From: Chrysomallon squamiferum
Lineage: Eukaryota > Animalia > Mollusca
Assembly: GCA_012295275.1 (NCBI GenBank)
Contig: CM022677.1
Location: 1,674,001 to 1,738,000, forward strand
DNA: 64,000 nt
Reading direction: 5' to 3'
Shown: positions 51,696-64,000 of the stretch, piece after piece
Layout: every line of letters starts with the position of its first letter
Position numbering within the stretch: position 1 is the stretch's first letter
Translations under genes and position numbers: made by a program
The notes under the pieces: model-generated
The model's database searches: none
What the model was told of the DNA's origin: nothing
The model's input: only the letters and a program-made list of their open reading frames with translations

Positions 51696-54600
51696 ACTTG
51701 TGTATATGTAGCTATAATTTACATTGATAAAACAGATAAAATACTTTAATCCTAATAAACATTATATATTTTCACAGAGACATAACTTTTATTTCTGTGT
51801 GAGTGCGATCTAATGGAAGTATTGGTTACTCGTGTTGAAAACATTAAATGATCAAACAAAAAACATCAATTCACAGTTTTGTTCATTAAATCAACCAATA
51901 TTATTATTCATTTATAACAGCTTTGGAATACATACATATTGAAGTCATATTTGGATATTATTCTTACTTCAAAATGTTTTCTTTAACAGCCTTGAGTAAC
52001 TAACAGTTTTACAATATTACACTCAGAAAGTAAGAAATGATTACCGCAAGTCATTTTCATGGATAATTTCTGATTCTTGTTATTAATTTCTAATTTGACC
52101 ACATATGCAATCATAAAAGTTAAGCATACAAACATTATAAATCCTTACTAATGTTGTATTAAGCTAAAACATAATGATAATATAATCTAAACAGTTATAA
52201 TATTGTAATTTTATTTTTAACTTCATAAAACTATTTCAGTCAGAAAGGATTTTTAAATTCTAACTGTTTACAACTGAACCAAAAAAAAAATCATTATATA
52301 CAATATCCAACATTACAGTAAAAAAATGTTTTATTCACTTTATATAAGTAACATTCAGCAACTTAATTAATTTTCTATTATATGGTTCATGAATTCATTT
52401 TTCTCTTTTTTTCTTTTTACACATTTATTTTAATTTTTACTTTTGCACTTTACTTTCCAAAAATGTCACATTTGCTTACAGCATAATATATATTTTGTTT
52501 TCTAATATTCAAGATTGTTCATTTAATTTCAACATTATTTATTTATTTATTATGATGATGTTGACCATATTTATGAATAATGGTGTGATGATGATAAAAA
52601 CAACAGAAAAGTAATTTTGGTGTTTTATTTTGTAAATCACTGTTACCCCAGTGCAGTAGGTCTCCCAGCCCTGTACCAAGTACACGGTGCACACCTAGAA
52701 TTGTGTGTGTGTTTCCCCTAAACTGACAACAATGTCATGAAGATTAGTTGTATGTGTCGTTTGATGGTGATTAATCTACTCAAAATAATAGTGAAGCAAA
52801 TAATATTGTTTTAATTATTAAGTAATCTGCATTTTAATAGCTAAAGTATAATCTTTTATTTTGTATTTTGTATTTATTACTATTTGCATGTAATATATAA
52901 AAGAGCATTTTGAGAGATAATTTAATGTTTTCACTAGGATTTATTTATGTTTCAGTATTTTTAAGTTCAACTTTGTTTGATTCAGAGCCTGAAATATGAT
53001 CAAGAAACGATTCATTGTTATTTCATTTACGTTAATGGTGTATTTTAGTAATGGATCTATATGAGTGATTTTAGGAAATCTGTAGAACTGTTTGTTTAGG
53101 AAATTCCAAGCTTCTGTCAGCAGTTTTTCTTATTGTATGGATTGCAGCACTTTACTTTTTTGTTTTTAGTTGCTCTCACTCATGTGTTTCCATCTTATCT
53201 GGACTATAAATAATAATGGATAGCTAGAAAATATCAACAATTTTGTTTTTCTTTAAAACAAAAAACAAAAGCCCCGAGAAGGATTGTAAAAGGATATATT
53301 ATATAATATACATTATGTTTTCACTCATCAGTAACAGATTTTGTTTTGTCTTCCCACATTTTATTTCTTCATTAACTTTACATTGTTTTCAAAATGGTTT
53401 TACTTATTAATTATATCAGGGTTTATTAATCAGTTTTAGAAATAACAATATAGCTATTTAAATGTACCAATTCATTTTGTATTCATACTTAAGTCAAATG
53501 TGTTCAACTGCATTTATCTTTTTTCTTCTGAGAAATTATAAGAAAATTGTCAGGATTTTTTCAGATTAAATTAACAATTAATTAAATTTAAATATTTACA
53601 CTGTTTGTCTTCTTTGATATACTGATAATTTTATATAAATGTTTCATAAAGCAAACCTATTTGCTTGATATGTTAAGTTTAGCTTGTACAGAATCAATGT
53701 AATAATGGTTTATGCATCAACAAACCTTGTAATAATGTACATGCCAGCCTAATAGAGCAGTGAACAGAACAGTTGTATAAATTTGTAATTTGATATTTTT
53801 AATATCTCTAATCTCAGAAAAAAGATAGATTTAATACAGGTGAAAGAAATTTACAATATTAATCTGATTGAAATTAAGAATATAAAAACCTTTAATAAAT
53901 TATTTTAATTTTAAATTGCATGGAAAAAGCACAAATTTGGACTAAAATTCTTCTTGATAAGACAATGAAATGCAGTTAGAGCATCTTTCACTTTATTTTG
54001 TGTTTAGTTTATTAATGAATATTATATTTTGTTGTAGGATCCTAGACAACCGATTCAAGCTGCCTTAGCCAGCACTGCATTTTCAGAAAAGATTCACCAG
54101 AAAGCTATTACATCACAGTCTTTCAAGAAAAAATCTGTCTGAAATGTAATTTTAATTTCTAACACTCAGTGATCTTCAAGAGACTGCATTGTCAATGTGA
54201 TCAGAACATCCAGTGTACACATTGTACTTCATAGCAGCTTGCACTGTTTTTATCATTGATGTGTGCTTGGTTATTCTAATTTTTCTCACTGAAAGAGGAA
54301 TGGAGATTCATCGTTGCTCTTCTTTGTAAATAAGCTAAAATCAGTGTGATAGTTAACTTTTTAAATCTATTTTTATATTATTTAAATCGGGGTAAATCAA
54401 GGGTTTGTTGGGTTTAATCAGTCTAAATATATTTAAAACTATGTAATTAGAGGTATTTGAAGCAACATTTTTTCTTTATATTATTTAAATCAGGGTAAAC
54501 TCAGGGGTTTGCTGGGGGTAATAAATGTAAATATAATTGAAAATTATGTCATTAGGGGTAAAAAGAATTTTTTATACAAAAAAGTTGGGGAAATCATTGT

Positions 54601-55608
54601 GTAAATATATTTAAATTATGTAATTAGGGGTAATAAGAATATATTATATAACTCTCCCAAAAAAGTAATAAAAAATAAAAAATATAATAATTTATTTGTA
54701 ATGTAAACTGTTAACTAAATTAAAATTTTATTTGCATTAACCATGACTTTGTTATTTTTAATTAAAAGAAACATGATGATCTTCAAGTTGAAATTACTTA
54801 AAAACCTGGCTAGATAATAAAACTTAAATATTCAGTTATTTCTGTTTAGACATTTCTAGCAACTTTCCCACTTTAGAAAGAATAATTGAATTATTTCAAA
54901 AAAGAATCTTTAAAAATAGAAAATCATAATTTAAAAATGATAAAAAAGTCAAAGAAGAGAAAAAATAAATGGAATTTTTCTCAGTATTTTATAATTAGCC
55001 TTTCACATGTTGGAAAAATTCAAAAAATTATTTCGAATATGTGCAAATGGAAATGTCTTCGAAGTATTTTATAATCTGTATTGAATTAATTCAAATAAAA
55101 AGCTAGGGGGGAAAATGAAATTAAATAAATACATAAATAAATTCATAAATAAATAATACAAGATATAAAATAATAAAATACAACTAGGACATGTTACATA
55201 AATGAGTGGCAGTACAAATATTTTTAATACAAAAACATTATTTGTTCTTAACTGTTTTAAATCCTGACATCTACAAAATCAAACCATTGCATCTTATCTA
55301 AAAACAATAATCAAAATGGAAAATCATGCTGAAATTTTTCAGTTTGTTAACATTAAAAATGTTAAGGCATATTCAAATATTTTAAAAGAAAAATAAATAA
55401 ATAAAGACTAGTCTTTGTCTGTTTTTAGTTTTATTATTTATATACTGATCAATATCTTCGTTATTTGTGGTCAACCAGCAAAAGATCATCTGATTTAATT
55501 ATTATTTTTTATATATACATTTTGTTCGATTTTACAAAAACAATCAAAGCACTAGAATGAACACTAATCAACAAAAATGGTATTCTATCTCTCTCTCTCG
55601 TCTTTTTT

Positions 55609-55716
55609 ATTTACAAACTCGTTAAATAGAGTTATTTCCCTTAGACTATTAATAGATGACATTGCATAAGCATTAATGGTCTATGGGAAATAACTCTGTT
55701 TAATGTGTTTGTAAAT
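55609..55716. repeat. Palindromic hairpin (MITE core-like), ~45-50 bp arms
   Basis: ATTTACAAACTCGTTAAATAGAGTTATTTCCCTTAGAC ... GTCTATGGGAAATAACTCTGTTTAATGTGTTTGTAAAT. Confidence 0.85.
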
Positions 55717-56221
55717 ATATAAAAAAACACTGAGCTAAATTCGATTTACTACTTTTAGATGAATTCAGCTAATTGTATAACAAAAAAAAAAAAAAAAAAT
55801 TCGAGCAAAATATTCCAATATGAAATTGAACAATTTCTATACAACCAGTTTCCATTATTTGTTGGTTTATTTGATTTATTATTATTACTTAATTAATTAC
55901 TGTAAAATTCCTATTTCGCATAAAACCCTTTTTTTTTCGATTTGCCCCTTGAATAAAAACAATGAATTTTTCATACAACATATACATCTTGAGCAGTCAA
56001 GATCACTCTGCATAATGTTACTAATCAAACTGAAGTTTGTTAAATAGGAAGTATAATTATAATAGCATTTCAAAACAAAACTAAACCCTACCTTTGTAGC
56101 AATGCATTCCAATAATGAATTATAGTGATATATGTCTTTAAGATTTTGTATTATGAACATTTCACTTTCATTTGATGTCACAGACTTACATAATTATAAA
56201 TTAATTATAAATTTTTAAAAT

Positions 56222-56264
<43 letters not shown>

Positions 56265-57299
56265 CATACATACATCGTTTCATTTTCATTTTCTTTAAAA
56301 TAAAAATTACTGCAAATCTGTTTTTAAAAAAGATGTTGGTTTTAATAGAGCTAAAATTACTCTTTTAGCCTGATTAATTTCAGCTTTTTTCAATTATATT
56401 TTAATGTTAATAACAACAATTCAAAATCAAGATATAAGAATAAATCCTTAAAATAATCCAGTTATTAATTGTATTTTTATATCTAATTGTATATCATTTT
56501 TGTTCTATTTATTTTTTAAAAACAAAACAACAATCAAAACACTTGGAACTTGTTTATATATAAACAAGGACGCTGTCTTTCACATGCAGCAGTTATTTGA
56601 CAACAAACACATTAACTCTTTCTCACAGATAACATGTCTGTACCAACTCATCCTTTCACATTCACATCTGTCTGTCTGTCGCTCGGTATCCATGCCTCAG
56701 ATACCACATACAAACATTTCCTTCAGTACACACATTCACTCACACACAACTAGTGTGTATGTATATATGTTTTTCTAACAGCCAAATACATATACCCACA
56801 TCTGTCCATGTGTTTCTCTGTCAATCCATAAATCCTATACAGTTTTAACAATTTTCTGTCGCCGCCTGCTTCTCTCTATGAACAGTCCAAACTATTATTA
56901 TTATTATTATTCTATCTATATATGTGTGCATCTCGATTGTGTCATCAGTTTTACAGTCTACCATGTAAAACAAGTTTCCGAGGCGAAGACACTGTTAAAT
57001 AAAAAATACAGGAAAATGTGAAGAATTTGAAATGAATATAAAATATCATATTATCTTTCCCGATTCTACATTTTGCTTTATAAACTGCGCTGCTGGAAAA
57101 GCTTAATGCTTCTTGTTTTAATTGTTTACTACTAATAATATCTTTTCATGGCTCTCTAAAACAAATTTTATAAAACTATACATATATTTATTTATTTATT
57201 TATATATTTTTGTTGTTGAGAAATAGAGACGGTCTTTCAAATAAACCATATTTTTGAATATGGTAACCAATATTATACCAGTTAATCTTTAATTTCTGT

Positions 57300-59420
57300 G
57301 TATAATTTCATATTTAATTTCGTAGTTTTCTGAAGATAATTTGAGACTGCTCGACAGAATTTACGTTTTTATTTATTGCCAGCTGTGCAGCTTATACGAC
57401 TAAACAGACTGAGCGGAAATTACGTTCCTTCTTAGTAAAAAAACCACTGCTTACATCGATATTTTATTACGTTCACCTTTGATTTGCATCATAACAAATA
57501 TATATATATATAATCTAGGATCCAGCTAAAGGAATATCATCGGCTTTTCAAGAATAATCTTGAAAACTGCGCTCATGTTGACATCATTTATTATCAACGT
57601 ATTATCAACAAAAATGAATGGATTTTTATAAAGTAAAAGCTCAGTTTTCAGCATCATTCAGAGCTTTTTAGTGAAATCTGTTCTGCTGTTAATCAAAGAT
57701 CACATTTATATGGATCTGACCTGTTAATTATATAGTGGCATTCAGCGTTGGACTTGTAAATTCAGAAATAAATAACTTAATGACTAGATATACAGGGGAA
57801 GCCACTCTATTGTGACAATATTTTTCTCTTAAACTGAGTTACAGTATCATCTCTACAAAAAAAAAATTAAAAATTAATACTGAACCCTTGAGAAGTTACA
57901 CTTTACTTGAATCACAGAATTTGATTTTGCAAAACAATTACGCGACGTAATTCACGTTTTATACATAAAACCAGCGACGTTTATATCATAAATTGATACT
58001 GAATGACAATAATGTGATGTTTTACTATGTTTTACCTGTATTTTGTATCATAAACAATACTGATAATTTCATTACAGTTACATTTTATTCTACTAGGAGA
58101 TGTCTGCTGTATTAATATTATAATTTGTAAGTTATATCATAAAAAAAAACAAAAAAACATGCCTATCCAAACGTCTTCTACAAAACTTTAAAAATATTTT
58201 GTAAAGAACAGAAGAGTATAATTTTGAAACTAGGTGCTACCTTAATGGAATCTCAGCAATTTATATTCGAGAATTAATGACATAAATATCATATTTAGTT
58301 TCTATGAGCGTAGTTTTCTGAAGATAGTTTGAGAACGCTGGACAGAATTTACGTTTTAATTTACTACCAGCCATTTATAGGAATAAATTGAGACAATGAG
58401 CGAAAATTACCTGAATCTTATAAAAACTGTACTGCTGTTTAACTGATGTTTTTACACGTCATTATCAAAACACATTTAAAATATCAAGAATTTTTGTAGT
58501 TTACCTCGAAAATTAATATTTCATTGTATTAGATCACCTCTGAATACAATAATAATAATAGATAAATATAGATAAAATACAGAATGACTGAGTGAAAATA
58601 CATTAATAAGTTTCCCTTTTCCCAGGCTTATTTCTGTACAAAACTGAATATTTTGGTAATTATATTCTTATTTTATAGTAGAAATATTTCCTTTCAGAAA
58701 ATTAACTGATATACTTTCTCTTAACAATAGGAAAAGTCAGACAGGCACGAGTTATCTGCAGAAAATTATTCATCTTATCAAGTTAACGCCGTTTTTAATA
58801 AAATATATCAAAATCTTCTGTGCTGTAACTGAAAATAACATTTTATTTTTCGACTATGTCAAGGTTATCAAAATTTAGTTTAAGAAACGGCGCAATGTTG
58901 TTTTCTGTTACTTACCCCCATATTATTGTGAAACACGGCGCTGTAAAATATCAAACATTTTGTATTTAACTATCAGAGAATACAGAAAAGAAAGGTGATA
59001 TAAGGTTATTAAAATCAAATAACGCCGTATAAATAGAGTAAATATTTCATTTTTATTTATCAAAAAAAAAAAAAAAAATCATGTTTAGTAGGAGCGCAGT
59101 TAATATGACAGAATGTAGAATCAGTTAAATCGAGAATTATGGAACAGGTTAAGTGATAAAAAAATTAAACTTTAATAACAACTAAGGAATTGTGTGAGTA
59201 TATGTGCGTCATTATTATTATTATTATTTTTTTTTTTTTTCACAATTTATTTATTATATATTACAGGAAAATACGAGTATCTCTGTATAAACGGTATTAA
59301 GATTGCAGATGGAGAGAAGGCTTCTAGAGTCACAACGGTTATACTGACAAACTGAGAATTACATTTCTACAGATATCTGAAGAAAGACTGCGCGTCGGAA
59401 TTTACGTTGTATTCACTGTC
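57300..59420 (+). repeat. Diverged direct repeats with ~1 kb spacing
   Basis: CGTAGTTTTCTGAAGATA at 57321 and 58309; GAATTTACGTT at 57357, 58345 and 59398. Confidence 0.7.
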
Positions 59421-59617
59421 AGTATTTTTATTATTAACATGACATATGATTAAATTGAGGTTTATCTGTAGTAATGTTATTATTATTATTATTATTAAAA
59501 ATTATAAATGAGTACTGAGGTGTGTGTTGGATTGTAGTGGGATTTTTTTGTTTTTTGATATATTAAAAATAATAATAATAATAATAAAATAAATAAAATA
59601 AAATAAAGAAGAAGTCC

Positions 59618-59671
<54 letters not shown>

Positions 59672-59711
59672 TAAAATAAAGAAAATAAAATAAAGAAGAA
59701 GTCCTTAATAA

Positions 59712-59754
<43 letters not shown>

Positions 59755-61134
59755 ATTAATGAAACATTATTATAGCTGAAACTCAGTTTATTCATTTACA
59801 CAACAGTACTCACATTAATATATTTATTCTCAACTTGTTAATGTTACCGTTCTGACTCTAGAAGACTGTACTTACAGATAATAAACTGTGATAGATAATA
59901 AAATGTATCTCACCTGTCTCTGTTTTGTAGCCTTTACGTTTTACAATATTTGTTAAATATGTTGTGTAAACCACATTAATTTAAAGCGATCAAGCATTTC
60001 ACTTTAAAAAGGTATATGTTGATTCATACCATCAGTCTGTAATTAATCTTCACTTTTTGTCTAAAAGTCTAATTTTCTGAGAACTTGAATGTCACAACAG
60101 TAATTATCCTTTAGTTCCTAGCAGTACTGTAAATTAATATACTTTAATAGGATGAATCATTTTCTGCAAATGTATTTAATGCAAAGTTTATAATTACCGC
60201 CAGTAGAGCTGTTTTAATGAATACATTGATATTTAGTTATAATAACCTATATTTTATATCATTTTTTCTCAGTCTCAATTCACGTTTATGAACAGTGCTC
60301 CTATTACAAAATAAACGGGATATCTCAAGGTTAAAATATACTGAAAAAGTTTTAAAAAAGAAAGAAAAGTCACGTTGTAGTCATTTATTCTCAAGTTATC
60401 AGAAGCGCAGTTTATACAACGAAAGTTAAAATCAACGAAAATAACTTAATATTTTATTAATTACATTAATAACTCTGAACATAATTTATTATTTAATATT
60501 ACTATAGAAGGTCCTCCATATTTCTGATTATACTTTCCGGTTTCATAAGGAAGAGGCCACAAATCTGACCACTGTTTCTGCATGACTGTAACGAGTTAAA
60601 AATCACTGGATAATAAATTTGTCACATAAACAGTGGTGGTGATTTTATCAGAAGGCTTTATTACAGGAAAATGTGAGAATTAATTACAGGTGTATGATGG
60701 TAACAACTGAAATCAGCAAATGGATCTTTCTGTTTGTCTGGTATATTACGTGACGCTGCACCTAAAAAGAAAATATCTGATAATTCGTTTTTATCAATCT
60801 CAATTTAAATCATTTTTCAATGAAAGATTTATTTGGGATCATCGTTATTTTCCGGCTGCCAAAACTGTCGCATATTATGACATCTAAAATAATAATATGA
60901 TGCTTGCTGAAGGACAAAGTTAGTTTCATTTTTACAACATCTTCGTCTCAGAATTTTGTTTATACACGGTAGGCTTTTTTGATAGTGTAAAACTGATGAC
61001 GTGAGGTAATTCTAATGCCAATACCCCCAAACCTTAATTCTTACGCAAAGGCTACTTCTAATGATGATGCTAAAATTATTTTTATTATTATTATAACATT
61101 CATAGTAATATTTACAATATCCCTAACATTGAGC

Positions 61135-61812
61135 CCTATCTGTAACTCTGACCTAAAACTATTTTCCACACTACCGTAATCCTAAGTCTAACCCAAACAA
61201 TAACCCTAATCTTAACCCTAACCTAACCTAACCTAACCTAACCTAACCCTAGCTCAAATTCTAAACATAATCCTACCCAAGTCCACAACGTGGATTTTTA
61301 CATTAACGCTCCTCCTAATGGTGACCCTAAAATTATTTTGCATATTATCGTAACACTGATAATAATCTTTAAATAAACATCACCTTAACCCTTACCCTAA
61401 CCCTAAATTAACCCTATCCCTAACCTTAATCCTAACCCTAAGCCTAACCCCGACTCTATCCCTAACACTAATACTAACTCTGATCATAAAACTGTTTTGC
61501 AGATTATCATAAGACTCATAATAAACTTTTAATAATCCTAACACTAACACTAACCCTAACCCTAACCCTAATCCTAAAGCTAACCACAGCCGAACTTCTA
61601 AACCTAATCTTACTCAAGTCCCGATCCTTGATTCTTAACGTTACTTCTAATCGTGAGCCTAAAATTATTTCCACATTATCATAACCCACATAATAAAATT
61701 TACATAACCCGAGCTCGAACCCTAACCCAAACATTAAGCCCTAACTCTGACGCTAAAGAAGTGCGTAACTTTAAATCTTATGCAAAGTATATTTCTAACC
61801 CTGACCCTAAAA
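61135..61812. repeat. Degenerate (CCCTAA/CCTAA)n telomere-like tract within ~170-190 bp higher-order units
   Basis: CTAACCCTAACC and AACCTAACCT runs interleaved with a recurring (G)ACCCTAAAA(C/T)TATT motif. Confidence 0.75.
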
Positions 61813-62673
61813 CTATTATTAAGGTTATTTTATAGATTTTACTTTTTAGTCAGTTGACCTACTTAAATATTGTTGGGTTTTTTTTTCTTGCAGGTTGGAG
61901 CAAACTTTGAGATGAACATCGAGAAGAAATTTTTAATTATTTTTTTATTATGGTCTTTTTTCTTAACTTGTTTATACATTTTGCCTGTGTGGAGTCTATG
62001 GAAACAGATAACGTGTTTTCAGTTTAGTTAGGTAGTTAACGTGATTCAGTACTTTTATTATTTTTCGCAGTACTGTTAATTTTTATTTAGAAACATAATA
62101 AAATAAATATTAGTATTTTTCCTTGTACTGCCACCACTACTACTTCTGTTTCTGTTACTGTTTTTATTATTCTTGTCGTTGTTATTTCTTTCTTTATTTA
62201 TTTGTTAACTTGTTTATTTGCTTTCAATTTTTTTTTTTTTTTTTTTTTTACTTTTTATTAATAGGTTTATTTATTTATCTTAATATATTTTGTTTCATTT
62301 ACTTTTTTGTTCATTTGTTTACTTATTTATCTTTTCTATGCTTTATAAATGTTTTATTTATTAAAAAGTTGTACTATTTATCTCCCTCTCTGTCATTAAG
62401 TTGACTTTGTACTAAAGTAATCTTTATCTGTGGGTAATCAATCTGAGACAACTGAGTAAACTTTAGTCTTGGCAAAACAGATTAGTAGGTCATGTTATCA
62501 CTAACACGTGTTTCAATAACAAGCTCAACAGAGACGACAAAAATTTGTACACGGGTCTTAGTAGTATTCCAACTTTCAGTACAGAATCCAGTTATTCATA
62601 TGCAAAGAAATTTAAATAGATGAAACACAGGACATTGACAATATCAAACATAGAAAAATTTGATAATAAAGGA

Positions 62674-62708
<35 letters not shown>

Positions 62709-63072
62709 ATGAATTTTATTTCAAATATTGCTCCGTACCTAGTGTTATCTTGAATACAACAAAGGTTAAAGATTTATTTTAAGAAGTGTTTTATCTGGGT
62801 CAGTCACGCGGTCAGCAGATTGTTGGAGAGAGAAATATTTGATATCAGGTCTGTACTCTTATTAAATCACTGAATTGTCAGAAAATTAGTTACAACAGGG
62901 AAATTTTACTATTAGACATTCTGATTATTTTCTGTTGTCGCATAAGCCATACAGACCCGAATATTACTTTTTCTTATAAACAGTAACATTCAACTATGTT
63001 CATGATGTTTTCGCAGTCTGTAATAATTTTAGAATCTGGAAGAGGGGGAAGAGATAACGGCTGCTTGACTAC

Positions 63073-63106
<34 letters not shown>

Positions 63107-63517
63107 CGTGTGTGTGTGTGTGTGTCTGAATTCATATTAAAATGACACACACAAAAAACATACCTATACATACATGTATAAATGCAAGAAAAAAATATAT
63201 TGTGTGTGTGTGCGTGCGTATTTGATTTAATATGAATTCTTAGGTTCAGTAAAGTAAATCGCTGTCAAGATATATGTAAGATAAAAATCACAAACGCACT
63301 GATTTGACCCGAAGTGAAAAAAACGTCGACTGCTAGCTTATGGTTCTAATTTACCTTAGAAAATGAAAACAAATAAATAAATAGACAGAGATATATAAAG
63401 CAGATCGACTGTTAGGAACTAATAATAATAATAATAATACTACTACTACTAATAATAATAATAATAATAATAATAGGAGTAATAATAAAAATCGAGAAGT
63501 TATAAAGAAGTAATAAA

Positions 63518-63629
<112 letters not shown>

Positions 63630-64000
63630 AACATATATACAGTAAAAATGTTTGTCTCCAGGTTATAAAGCTGAGATAACTTTGGCCGTGACAAAACAGA
63701 TTAGTAGGTCTTGTTTCGCTCACTCAAGTTTTAATAATAAGTTAATTGTAAACAAACTGAACACAGATAACAAATATTTCAAATGGTGGTCATAGAACTT
63801 TTCGAATTTACAATAATACTATAATTAATTCAATGCAACTAAATTTTATTAGATTAAAATAATGACTCGGGTAACTTCAGACGATAAACATTTTTATTAC
63901 AATAAAATTAGAATTTACAGAACAATTTAGCTTTTACATACAGCCATAGCAATAGTATTTGTATTAACATAGTAAGTTTTGCTTCAGTAACAAATAAAAT

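Noticed and set aside
54038-54142. Possible isolated terminal exon (DPRQPIQAALASTAFSEKIHQKAITSQSFKKKSV*)
   Set aside because: Good acceptor, but no partner exons or recognisable homology.

Overview
AT-rich, microsatellite-laden animal genomic DNA (probably a lophotrochozoan/mollusc-like invertebrate; low confidence), with a 200-N gap at 45408-45607. I find no clearly intact protein-coding gene. The window looks like a graveyard of intron-containing gene copies and decayed transposons. It holds: (1) a minus-strand DDX49/Dbp8 DEAD-box helicase copy (11028-18989, 10 recognisable exons) lacking exon 1 and one internal exon and carrying a frameshift; (2) a three-exon EGFR/ERBB-type kinase pseudogene fragment; (3) a large spliced, decayed DDE transposase gene; (4) piggyBac, KRBA2/SCAND3-type integrase and LINE ORF1 remnants; (5) three paralogous copies of an unknown spliced segment; (6) many 31-91 bp minisatellites, including a ~6.6 kb 49-bp array. 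The most unusual items are a 5S rRNA variant with a rebuilt 3' arm, lying next to a tRNA-like unit and bracketed by copies of a four-times-repeated hairpin/X-box motif (8.2-10.3 kb), and a DDX49 exon whose acceptor and donor sites have each been quadruplicated in tandem. All homologies were recognised by eye from recalled family motifs; no searches were run.
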